Shown one piece after another: positions 22,719 to 32,361 of a DNA stretch of 64,000 bases. This stretch comes from a virus. Lineage: Duplodnaviria; Heunggongvirae; Uroviricota; Caudoviricetes. The stretch is taken from positions 1 through 64,000 of IMG/VR virus record IMGVR_UViG_3300033463_000001; one strand, 5' to 3'. Made by a program: the position numbers and the translations under genes. Position 1 is the stretch's first letter; every line of letters begins with the position of its first letter. Under the pieces are notes generated by a model. The model was not told where the DNA came from. It ran no database searches and saw only the letters and a list, made by a program, of their open reading frames with translations.

Positions 22719-23198
22719 TCATCCTTTGTTACCATTGTTACTAAATTCAATTTCTCTTAGGTTGTGCTTGCAGCACATAACTATGGCCTCGTCCAATGCG
22801 TCGTAGTACGAACTATGATAGTGGTCTGACGCATCTTTTTCAACAGAGACGTGTCGATTTGGCGCCTGCCCGATAACGTATGGACTCTCATAACGCTCAT
22901 CCATGTTATCCTTATCCAGGATGGTGCGCACGTAGTATATAGTACCACCCTCGAATCCGTCTATGCAAATGAAATCGATGACTATCTCATAGTTGAGTAC
23001 CTCGCGAAGCCATTGCCGAGCCATATCAGGAGTCGGAGCTGCATAGAAATCACCGAACGAGTTCCAATCAAGTTCGGTTCTACACTTCTCGTTAAAATTA
23101 CCATTCTGGTTATAGCCTTTGCAGCAATCCCAGTCAAACCCGGCATCCTTCAGAAGTTTAGCCGTTGAGAAGCTAACGTATTGTTCGTGATTATACAT
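22719..23198 (-). CDS. Hypothetical protein, YVS..A.LLK.AGF.W family
   Basis: Shares motifs with 25984-26382 and 51348-51740. Confidence 0.7.
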   Translation of the reverse strand: MYNHEQYVSFSTAKLLKDAGFDWDCCKGYNQNGNFNEKCRTELDWNSFGDFYAAPTPDMARQWLREVLNYEIVIDFICIDGFEGGTIYYVRTILDKDNMDERYESPYVIGQAPNRHVSVEKDASDHYHSSYYDALDEAIVMCCKHNLREIEFSNNGNKG

Positions 23199-23368
23199 AA
23201 TGTTATTACATTTTCGGTCGTTTCAAATATATAATAAACCTTTTATGCATGGTATCCTCAATTATCTGCACCAGTTGCCACCCGCTGTCACCGTAGGCGT
23301 TTAGTTCTACAATTTCAACTTTCCGGCGCTCAATAACTTTGTGTTCCCATCTTGTACCGTATTCCATA

Positions 23369-24496
23369 TTAACTTTGTTTGAATTCTACAATATCATATT
23401 CAGTCTGTATCAACTCGTTGCAGATGCATCCGGTGTCACGATACTTATAGTCACCGATAGCATATTGGTGATTCGGCATTCGTTCATTGTAGTAGTATTG
23501 CAACTCAGACGACGATATTCTAGTTCCGTTGCGTAGAACGAATGTTCCTGATGTTTCTCCTAACAGGCACTTCTTTGCAATGTTGTTGAAATCCTGAAGC
23601 ATCCTTGGCTTGCAATATCGGCCTTGTGTACTACCCTTGCAGTTTCTGCATGTACATGTGCCGTTAAGAACACTGTTTGGTATTGCATAGTATTCATATC
23701 CACACCTAACACATTTAAATGCCGTGTTTCCCCTTGCTGATGTGTAGTCACTGATAAGGCGCAATGCAATGTGGTTGTGTTTGAGCTTCTTTTGGAAACT
23801 TTTATTAACTTGCTTAGCCTCTTTTCTCATAAGCCTATTTTGTTCTTTTTGTCTGGAAGCTGCGCTAAGTTTTGTAAGACAATGTTTGCATCTTGTAGGC
23901 TTCAGGATGTTTTCTGCAATAACGTCGTATTCCTTACCACATATTTTACAGCGAACTCTTATCTCTTGCTTCATGCCAGCATATTCACCGATAACATCAA
24001 TGCTTTCATTTACATTTGCAACGCGCTCTTTAAATGTTTTAGAAACGTTAGAAATGCGTTGGGCAATACCTATTTGTTTAGAGCAGTGTGGGCACCCATA
24101 TTTCTGATGAAATAAGCTCATTGGAAGCACTTTGTGTTCTTGCCCACAATTTTTACATTTAATTCGTACATGTTTCGTTGTACAAGACTCATATCTACCT
24201 ACCAATTTGAGAGAAGGAAAACGCTCTTTAAGTTTTTGTACAAACTCCTCTTTTGGCATCCTGAGCTTTTTGCTTACTGCTTTGTGCATTTTCCTATAGT
24301 GACACGCTGGGCAACCTGTTTTTAAATATAAAACATTACCAGGAAACGCCATCCATTCATGGCCACACTCATTACATTTCATCTTAACTTTTGTAATAGA
24401 GTTGACATAGTTCCCTACTAGTTTAATATTTCTACCTATAGTAGCTATACGACGTTCGAACTCTTCCTTGGTTATTTTCGGTGTTCTTGCTTTCAT
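23369..24496 (-). CDS. Zinc-ribbon repeat protein (homing-endonuclease-type DNA-binding repeats)
   Basis: Four units of .G.Y......C..CG.E....P..L.....C..C; no clear nuclease motif. Confidence 0.7.
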   Translation of the reverse strand: MKARTPKITKEEFERRIATIGRNIKLVGNYVNSITKVKMKCNECGHEWMAFPGNVLYLKTGCPACHYRKMHKAVSKKLRMPKEEFVQKLKERFPSLKLVGRYESCTTKHVRIKCKNCGQEHKVLPMSLFHQKYGCPHCSKQIGIAQRISNVSKTFKERVANVNESIDVIGEYAGMKQEIRVRCKICGKEYDVIAENILKPTRCKHCLTKLSAASRQKEQNRLMRKEAKQVNKSFQKKLKHNHIALRLISDYTSARGNTAFKCVRCGYEYYAIPNSVLNGTCTCRNCKGSTQGRYCKPRMLQDFNNIAKKCLLGETSGTFVLRNGTRISSSELQYYYNERMPNHQYAIGDYKYRDTGCICNELIQTEYDIVEFKQS

Positions 24497-24676
24497 CGTG
24501 TTATCCAACTAGTTAGACTACCATTTTCAATGTGTCTCTTCTGCTCATTGAAATAATATTTTTGTGATTCGGTTAGGTTGGCAAACCACGGTTCAAAGTA
24601 CTGTTGGTACTTGGCATGGTTATCTCTACGCCAGCGCTCCTGCAACCAAGATTTCAAATCATTCATACTCACTATA

Positions 24677-25081
24677 TTAGTAGTTGCTGTTTATTACAAG
24701 CATGTAGCGTGTGATACTTGACGGAGTGCTCTTGAGTTGCTCGATGAATCTCATCTCAAAGTTACCCATACGTTGTCCTTCTCTGTTGAAGTTAAGTTTA
24801 TTAAGGATGTCGTCAGCTACCGAACCGCCCTTGCCAATCCAATACCCAGGACGTAACGTGTATATGTAGATGATGTCACCGACAACAAATATGTCGTTAA
24901 ACTGGAACTTCTCCCCATGATTGTATTCCAGGAAATAGTTCGCAAGAAGAATTGCTACGTTGTTTGTTTTATTCTCGTCTTTGATAAGTTCTGCCAGCAA
25001 ACGGGCAAAAAAGTAACGTTTCTCACTACGACGGCATCCCTTCAAAAGGCGATGGATAAGTTTTTCGATTAATTTCTTCAT
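24677..25081 (-). CDS. KH type II domain protein (uS3-like)
   Basis: IYIYTLRPGYWIGKGG resembles the uS3 motif I.TARPG.VIG..G; has its own host-type promoter at 25118-25150. Confidence 0.65.
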   Translation of the reverse strand: MKKLIEKLIHRLLKGCRRSEKRYFFARLLAELIKDENKTNNVAILLANYFLEYNHGEKFQFNDIFVVGDIIYIYTLRPGYWIGKGGSVADDILNKLNFNREGQRMGNFEMRFIEQLKSTPSSITRYMLVINSNY

Positions 25082-25448
25082 ATGACAACAATTTTAGCTA
25101 GTTTTTCAAAATCGGTTACAAAGATATGTAAAAATTTTGAAAAAAGCAAATCCTTTGGACGAATTATCACATAAACCAGTTAAGTCGGGTGGTGCTCACA
25201 CCACTCGACACCTGCCTCGAACGCATCAATTGGATTGGCGTTCGGGTGTGAATAGTAATACTCACTAGAGGCTTTGCCGATTTGGTATCCTCTATTCTTC
25301 AGAAGCTCCTCCCTTGTCATTTTTACCTTCAAGTTTGCTGATACGTTCGTCTAAACCACTGTATGCTATAATAGCGTATATGAGCGCAGTAATACCAAAT
25401 GATAATGCGACTGATGCTGTGATGCCAATCGCTGCTATTCCTGAACTA

Positions 25449-25835
25449 CTAATCATTACCATCGAAATCAATTTTTGTGAAGTCTACTCCAATGAGTTTG
25501 CATAGACCTTCGAGTGATACAATTACGCGTTCGATAAGCGTCGCCGGATGCTTAGCCGGTTCGCGATAGTCTTGCCATGGACATGGCGTGATTAGACTCA
25601 TAATCTCAATAAGCCTACCGGCAGTCCAGCATGGCTCGTATGAATATACCTCGGTTTTCATGCTAGCCACGTCTGTGTACTTACACCCTGGGAAAACGAA
25701 CTGCGGTATACTCGCCGTTTCCATGATAGCCGGTATCCACGTATAGTAGCAGTCTGCAGTGTCCTTCGGAATCCCTAACGCAAGAAGCCTTCTTGACTGC
25801 TCGATAGTTGTGTATGTATTTGTTAGTTTGCTCAT
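25449..25835 (-). CDS. Hypothetical protein, TT.EQS..L...G.P...ADCYY family
   Basis: Paralog of 28242-28589. Confidence 0.7.
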   Translation of the reverse strand: MSKLTNTYTTIEQSRRLLALGIPKDTADCYYTWIPAIMETASIPQFVFPGCKYTDVASMKTEVYSYEPCWTAGRLIEIMSLITPCPWQDYREPAKHPATLIERVIVSLEGLCKLIGVDFTKIDFDGND

Positions 25836-25983
25836 ACTACTGTGCACATTTTACAATCATCGAAATTGAATTCATGCCATTTATTATACCATCCACCATT
25901 ACAGTCGGCATGCTGGCTGTCGCAGAAGTTGAAGAATGGGCATTCCTCTTTACGCTGAGGCCTATAATCTAATAATACTCGGC

Positions 25984-26382
25984 TCATTGTTCAGTTTGAT
26001 TTAATATTGTTAATACACAATGTTTTATACCATCCTCAAGTGCCTGCTCGTACGTCTCATACTCAGTATCATCAGATTTGAAACGTTCAAACAGTTCTAC
26101 AAACTCATCGTATGAGACATCTAAACGCGTCGGATGTATCTCACACTTCCAGCACATCGAGAATTTATTGTCCTGGTTCCTGTTGTAGAAACGTAGTGAA
26201 GAAGCTTCAACAGAAAGCTGTTTCTCATCACGTAGCCATTTTTGGGCTATGTGCAATGGAATCTCCCAGTGAAAAGACTCATTGAGGCTATGGCTAACCA
26301 AATGCTCTCTCCAGTTAAACCCAGCTTTTGTTAATTGGTTAACAAGCTCTTTGTTTGCGTATGTTTCGTGTATTAAGTCCAT
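25984..26382 (-). CDS. Hypothetical protein, AGF.W family
   Basis: L.KAGFNW, AQKWLRD, YE.AL..GI..C. Confidence 0.7.
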   Translation of the reverse strand: MDLIHETYANKELVNQLTKAGFNWREHLVSHSLNESFHWEIPLHIAQKWLRDEKQLSVEASSLRFYNRNQDNKFSMCWKCEIHPTRLDVSYDEFVELFERFKSDDTEYETYEQALEDGIKHCVLTILNQTEQ

Positions 26383-26563
26383 CGTTGTTTCATATGTTTA
26401 CGCCACTCTCGTCTATTTGGATATAGTCTACGAAGATGTGCCTTGTATGCGTTGTATGTTTCAAGATTGATTACCAAAGTCGTTTGTGGTAATTCTCCTC
26501 GGAACTCAGCTTCTGCAATCTTCCTACCAACCTCTTCGCTTATTTCATTGCGTTCGACGTCTG

Positions 26564-27337
26564 TCATATCTTTACGCCTGTATTTAGAAGGCATTCGTTG
26601 ATGCGATGCGTGAGAACAAGACGCAAATCATAACTATCATCATAACTATCATATCGTCCAAATTTTCCGTTAAGAGGATATACCAGTACTGTTTGTTCTG
26701 AGTTTTCGATAACAACTACCAATGGATTCGGTAATGAGACACACCTGAATGCTACGATATTGGCTTTGAATCCACACTTTGTTTCAATACGCCCGTCAAT
26801 TTTGCCTTCCATAATTGCTTTCGCGACTATCCAGTTAAATGGCTCGTTATAATACATTATTTTATCGACGTCACTGTGGTAGTTTACTTTGGTTGCCTCA
26901 TCTTTTACTTTTGGAATTGGCATCCAATGGGTTACGTTCTCAATTGCATGGTCTCGTTTCCATGCAATAAGGCTCCCACAAAGTTCGATTGGACAGAATA
27001 AACCATCTTCGCCATCATTTTTAACTTTTAAGAACATAGCAGACAGATGCGTTATGTTGTCCTTGCCAAATTTAATGAACACATATTGATTGTCTTCCGG
27101 CAACCTATCTTTTACGCTTATCCACTGATTACGTGATTGTTCTATGAGATATTCCATCTCACTATTGGCACTATCACGTTCACACATGAGTTTAACAATG
27201 CGTGCATTTAGTTCGCTTATTTCCTCATCGCGACTATGGGCACCTGCTATGAATGCTTTCTCTGTGATGTGTGTACTACTTGCCTTTGCGCTGTTAGCAT
27301 ATTTGCTAGCTAACTCTTTTATCTCTTCGTCTTTCAT
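26564..27337 (-). CDS. DUF551-domain protein
   Basis: WISVKDRLP...VTHWMPIP. Confidence 0.8.
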   Translation of the reverse strand: MKDEEIKELASKYANSAKASSTHITEKAFIAGAHSRDEEISELNARIVKLMCERDSANSEMEYLIEQSRNQWISVKDRLPEDNQYVFIKFGKDNITHLSAMFLKVKNDGEDGLFCPIELCGSLIAWKRDHAIENVTHWMPIPKVKDEATKVNYHSDVDKIMYYNEPFNWIVAKAIMEGKIDGRIETKCGFKANIVAFRCVSLPNPLVVVIENSEQTVLVYPLNGKFGRYDSYDDSYDLRLVLTHRINECLLNTGVKI

Positions 27338-27596
27338 GCTGTTATAGTTTTTTAAACCAAGATATAAACGTTATCGGGAGGCATATAAGGCCAGCTACCA
27401 CTACCACTGCAACAAATACTGGTGCAAATATTACACAAAGTTTACAGATTATACTTCCATGTTTGGATATCTCATAAATTATATCCCGGATTCCGCAATC
27501 ATATAAAAATAAACTAGCGAAGAAAACGCTAATACACCATATAAACACTGATGCTATTATAATCGAAACTATATTCATGTTATTGCGTTAATTTGG

Positions 27597-28028
27597 TTAG
27601 ATTACTACTGTTATCAATTCCGGGTTGTCATGCGCGTTTCCAATAACCTCACAGTCTGATGCCTCAAACGCTTCGCCGAAATAATGCTTGAACATATTCT
27701 TCTTGTTTATCAGTACAAATGATGCAAACCGAGTGTCATCGTATGCTACCCTGCATACGTCACTTCCGCATTGAACAATATCATCCTCGTAAATCTCTCG
27801 GCCGTTCTTGTCGTGTAGCCCTGTGAATTGACCAACCGTTTCAAACATGACAAGGTTGTCCTTGCAGTCTGCGCTCACTAAGTCCATGTCGTCCGGAAGG
27901 ATGAGCATGGCGTTCTTATCGTTTTCTTTATCAATGAGGTGCCATAGGTCTCCATAGAGCCAATCACCACCGGCCTCGCAATATGCAGGAGTCTTTCCCC
28001 TGAATTTTATTCTACGTACTTTTCCCAT
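27597..28028 (-). CDS. YopX family protein
   Basis: IKFRG..W.YG.L..VGQFTGLHDKNG.EIYE.DI..EVIGN.HDNPEL. Confidence 0.9.
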   Translation of the reverse strand: MGKVRRIKFRGKTPAYCEAGGDWLYGDLWHLIDKENDKNAMLILPDDMDLVSADCKDNLVMFETVGQFTGLHDKNGREIYEDDIVQCGSDVCRVAYDDTRFASFVLINKKNMFKHYFGEAFEASDCEVIGNAHDNPELITVVI

Positions 28029-28241
28029 AGTGTTAATCTAATTTGATGTTATACTTATGCATCCAAATGAATCTGCGTATTCTCCATGCAATACGCTGGA
28101 ACAGATTCGGTTTCTTCAGATTCTTACACACTAAACCGCCATTCAATACACTGATTTCGTATCTATCGCACGCGGCGTAGTTCGGCCGTAACCCCTTGAG
28201 CAGGTATTTGGCATATATACATTCTCTACATTCAATCATGG

Positions 28242-28589
28242 TTAATCATCTAGTTTTGAAAAGTCAATTCCACCGAACTCAGAACGTGACTCTATTACTT
28301 CTATAAGAGTATCAACATACCCATCAAAGTATTCAGGCGTGTTCCTGTATGTACATAGCGCGATAATATTAAGGAGTCTGCCGACAGACCAACATGGTAT
28401 GTAAAAATCTTTCGTATACTCCGTGAATACCTTACCATCCGGAATGACGTATACGTATGGACGTTCATCGATGTCTACTTCGTCTTTATCGTAATAGCAG
28501 TCAGCGCTATCTACCGGTACACCAATCTTCACCAGTATCCTGGACTGTTCCGGTGTAGTGAAACTATTCTGAAACTTACTCATATTCAA
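28242..28589 (-). CDS. Hypothetical protein, TT.EQS family
   Basis: TTPEQS..L..IGVP.DSADCYY, PCWS.GRL, DFSKL. Confidence 0.7.
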   Translation of the reverse strand: MNMSKFQNSFTTPEQSRILVKIGVPVDSADCYYDKDEVDIDERPYVYVIPDGKVFTEYTKDFYIPCWSVGRLLNIIALCTYRNTPEYFDGYVDTLIEVIESRSEFGGIDFSKLDD

Positions 28590-28922
28590 TCATTTGGTTC
28601 TATGTATTCCAGTTTATCGTGTTTACACATCTCTTCGAAGTACTCGTCTAGTGTCATATCCTCCGCACCTTTAACCAATTTGAGTTGGTAGTTCATCGCA
28701 TCAAAAAAAATGTGGCCTCGGCAACTAACAATGAATCCACAGAATTTCTGGTCTTCCTCACAGTGTCTGTATTTGATTTCACAGACATCCGTAACCTCTT
28801 CTTTAAATGTTTCAAATTTCCATTTGTATGTCACGAATCCGACAATGACTTTGCCGGAGCGAGCAAGCTCAGCAAGGTGTTTGTAGTCGGTTGATGTTTT
28901 GTAACACGTTTTATCCATAGCA

Positions 28923-29369
28923 TTATTGTCTTAGTAAATCCTTGTTGTCGAAGATATTACCAACAACCTCAACCTCATCGAAGTCGATATCCCAGAACTC
29001 GTTACTATTACCGTTGCTAATACCGCTCACTTCTGCATCAGCAGCAACACGTGTTTCCATCCAGAACATACCATCCTCCTCGGAGTATCTAGCTACCATG
29101 TAGTAGTTCTTCTTGTCGTCATGCGTAAACGGATATGCCGGGCTGGTAAGGATGTCTCCTTCATAGATGTCGGTACCATTTTTATCCTTCTTGCCTATGA
29201 ACTGGCCAAGCGTATCATATTGCTCTTCGCGTAACGGAAGCCATAGCTCTTTATCTGATAGGATGTATACGACATACTCCTTACCATCTTCATCAACACC
29301 TTTGCGAGTTATAAGATTACCGTACTCCCAGCGGTTGAAGTATTTTGCTCGAAATTTAATATCTCTCAT
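28923..29369 (-). CDS. YopX family protein
   Basis: IKFRA, GQF.G.KDKNG.DIYEGDI, EVVGNIFDN. Confidence 0.9.
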   Translation of the reverse strand: MRDIKFRAKYFNRWEYGNLITRKGVDEDGKEYVVYILSDKELWLPLREEQYDTLGQFIGKKDKNGTDIYEGDILTSPAYPFTHDDKKNYYMVARYSEEDGMFWMETRVAADAEVSGISNGNSNEFWDIDFDEVEVVGNIFDNKDLLRQ

Positions 29370-29372
29370 AGA

Positions 29373-30077
29373 TTATTCTCTTGATTTAATAACAGACTCA
29401 TACTCCGAGTACACAGGGATTGCCATCCAGTGTGTTAAACCGACATCGGTAATGTCATCTCTCCAACGCCACGTACCGTACATGTCAACAACACGACAGT
29501 TAACACTTATTCTACCCTTGTAATCTCTAACAAGTATCTCACCGGTGTGGCCTTCAGAAAATTCATGAGTTAGTGGCGGAATTATGATATGCAACTTATC
29601 CTCAGGCATACAATCTTCCAGATTCTCCCATGTGTTCTGATGGACAGGAGACGGTTTGGGTAATTGATTGCGTTCTTTCCAAAGCAGCGCTGCTACAAAC
29701 CCCATTCGGAAATCAGTATTATCATCTCTGACGCTGTGTTCGTGCATATACCGGCCTGCATCATCATAGCATTTACCTATGAGTTTAACCTCGGCGGAGC
29801 GCTCTTCTTCTGCCTTCTTGTTGATATACTCCTGACACTCATATTCCGTATCGAACCAAAGCTCACATTCGGAAATTGTGTCGTACAAGCCAAACATGGT
29901 TGGATTTCCAAAATTTCCGTTTTCCCTATACTCAACGTCAATCTTCCTGACTGGCATGAGATACTCGCTGGCAACTTGTTCACCAACTATTACTTTAAGA
30001 GGTTTGTTCTTGTGGAGAAATGGAATGTACATCCATACAGCATCTCCTGGTTTTGCGTCGTAAAGTGTGTGTCTCAT
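29373..30077 (-). CDS. Hypothetical protein with C-terminal DUF551-like domain
   Basis: W....DCMP...THWMAIP. Confidence 0.65.
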   Translation of the reverse strand: MRHTLYDAKPGDAVWMYIPFLHKNKPLKVIVGEQVASEYLMPVRKIDVEYRENGNFGNPTMFGLYDTISECELWFDTEYECQEYINKKAEEERSAEVKLIGKCYDDAGRYMHEHSVRDDNTDFRMGFVAALLWKERNQLPKPSPVHQNTWENLEDCMPEDKLHIIIPPLTHEFSEGHTGEILVRDYKGRISVNCRVVDMYGTWRWRDDITDVGLTHWMAIPVYSEYESVIKSRE

Positions 30078-31487
30078 AATTTGTTTATTCCTTGTTTATC
30101 ATAGATGTACATATCCTGCGTCTTCTTGCAGAAATGGTAGCATGCCTTTGTTCCACGTATTATTCCAACTTCTCCGTTGCGGAAGAACGGACATCTCAGT
30201 GTTATCGGTTTGTGTTCGATGAAGTCAAGGTTCCAGTAGATATTATTCCACTTACCGTTCCCACAATCGTCACAAATTTCATTCTTCCATGATTCTATAC
30301 GTGCAGGTGCTTTATATACAGTGCTTTTCCTTGCCACGTTTCCTTTGATTCTTGCTTAATAAAAAAGAATACCTTTCTGAGGTAATCCCTGACGAAACAA
30401 ACATACTGCTATCGGTCACGGATACGGAGTTCTACCGCGTTACACAAGGGTTGGTATGTTCTCCCTTGCCTGCTCAGTTACCACCTGAGTCCTCCTATCT
30501 GTATATCTTTATGTCAATAGTTCTCGTAGACTTTCTCACGGCGTTTATCTAGCCCAAACGGCTGAAAGTAAATTCTACCTGTGCCCTTCGGCCGGTACCA
30601 ATCATCACACTCTTTGAGGGCTTCCTTCGCCTCTGCTTCGGTTTTGAAATAGCCGCTAATATATGAGCTGAACTCGTTGTATGTGTTCTCTATGTAATAA
30701 ACACCTTCCATATTAGAAATGAGTTAAATTAGGACCATAAATTATCGATTTGAGAATTGCGATGGCTATGAATATTCCGAAAAATATTTTTCCCATACTA
30801 ATATAGTCCCTTTGCTTCGATTAGTAAACCTTTAAAGCAATTAAGGAATTCTGCAGCCATAGCTGAGTTCGGGAATGACAGAGTAGGGCGCAGTACGAAT
30901 TCCGGGTCTTGCCAAAGGATAATTTTATCGTCTGTTGTTGATATGATGGAAACCGATTTCCTATCAGGAACCCACTCGCCAACCCATGCCTCACGGAGCG
31001 ATATTAACTGCATGTATGCGATAAACTTTTTCACGTGCCCCTCTGTTGGTAACATGTCTCTCCAATATGATGTAAACTTTTTGTCTGATGAGTCTTCAAT
31101 GAAATCCTCCCAATCAATTTCCTCTATTGTACAGTCTGTACCAATGTAGTATCCGACTTTTTTATTGAGTTTGCATTGACAACAGTATTCGTACCACGTT
31201 TTTGGTGGTGTTATAACTGTTTGAGATTTCTTTTTGAAGATAATCTTCTCGAACGTCGATTTCTCTTTATCAACCTCGTAACCTTCCGGTACTTGTATCT
31301 TTATCTCTTTTGTTTCCATATGTTTTTCAATAATGTCAATGGCACAATGTTGTTTCTATGTCTTCTCATAGGGCATCAATGATTGCACATACTATTGCAC
31401 CAAGCAGCGCTCCAATCTCAGCGCAACCGATAAACCACAGGATGTATACAATCCAGTCCGGTATATTCAATTCGATTTTCATAGGTC

Positions 31488-31904
31488 TTACTTCTTCTCC
31501 TTCAACAGCTCCGGATTATCGTGAATGTTACCCATTACTGTAGACTGCTCATGGTCTGCGTGGTGAATGTAGTAGATATCACCTAGGTAATGGCCATCTT
31601 CATCAGCGAGGCAGAATGCTCCGTCTAGGAATCTTACCTGCATGTAGTAGGGAGACCATGCGTCAAGGTGCAAGATATCGCCTTCGTATATTTCCGTACC
31701 ATTTTTGTCGTGCATGCCGGTCGACTGGCCGACTGTGTTCGTGATTACAGTACGTTCCTCTTTAATGGTTCCATTACCGAATGGTACTGACTCGAAAATA
31801 CTTGATTTGTCCTCGTCTCGTTGAACCAAGTCGCCATAGACCCACCTCTGCGAGCCATCTTGTTCCGGCCATGCGAATTTTCCTCTGAATTTAATTGTTC
31901 TCAT
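31488..31904 (-). CDS. YopX family protein
   Basis: IKFRG, VGQSTG.HDKNG.EIYEGDI, GNIHDNPELL. Confidence 0.9.
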   Translation of the reverse strand: MRTIKFRGKFAWPEQDGSQRWVYGDLVQRDEDKSSIFESVPFGNGTIKEERTVITNTVGQSTGMHDKNGTEIYEGDILHLDAWSPYYMQVRFLDGAFCLADEDGHYLGDIYYIHHADHEQSTVMGNIHDNPELLKEKK

Positions 31905-31905
31905 A

Positions 31906-32361
31906 TTATTTCTTTTTGAGTTTAAGCAACTTCGGGTTATCGTGAATGTTGCCGATTATTTCAAATCCTATTTCGTTAATCCACCTCTGCGTCAAATCAC
32001 CTTCGCCGAGCATGTCGTAGCCGACGAGTTTTGTTGCAAAGCGTGCCTCAGATTCTAGGTAGTATACTTGGTGCCTCATTGGTTCGCCTTGGCTGTCAAG
32101 TGCTTGAATGATATCACCTTCGTAGATTTCCTCTCCGTTCTTATCCAGAACGCCAGTGAATTGTCCTACTGTCTCCGGGATGACGTGATACTCACATTGG
32201 CAATTACCACCGAGGTTGGTCACTATAAGACCTTCATTTTTATATTTTTCAGGGCATTCCTCATCTGGTTCACAATACCCGCCTGTTGCCCATTGTCCTG
32301 CGTACTTACTATCGGCTACGCATTTGCCGCGAAATCGAATTGGTCTCATGTCAATCGTCAT
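31906..32361 (-). CDS. YopX family protein
   Basis: IRFRG, VGQFTG.LDKNG.EIYEGDI, EIIGNIHDNP. Confidence 0.9.
   Translation of the reverse strand: MTIDMRPIRFRGKCVADSKYAGQWATGGYCEPDEECPEKYKNEGLIVTNLGGNCQCEYHVIPETVGQFTGVLDKNGEEIYEGDIIQALDSQGEPMRHQVYYLESEARFATKLVGYDMLGEGDLTQRWINEIGFEIIGNIHDNPKLLKLKKK

Noticed and set aside
23369-24496. Active homing endonuclease
   Set aside because: The zinc-ribbon repeats are clear, but I could not identify an HNH, GIY-YIG or PD-(D/E)xK catalytic motif.
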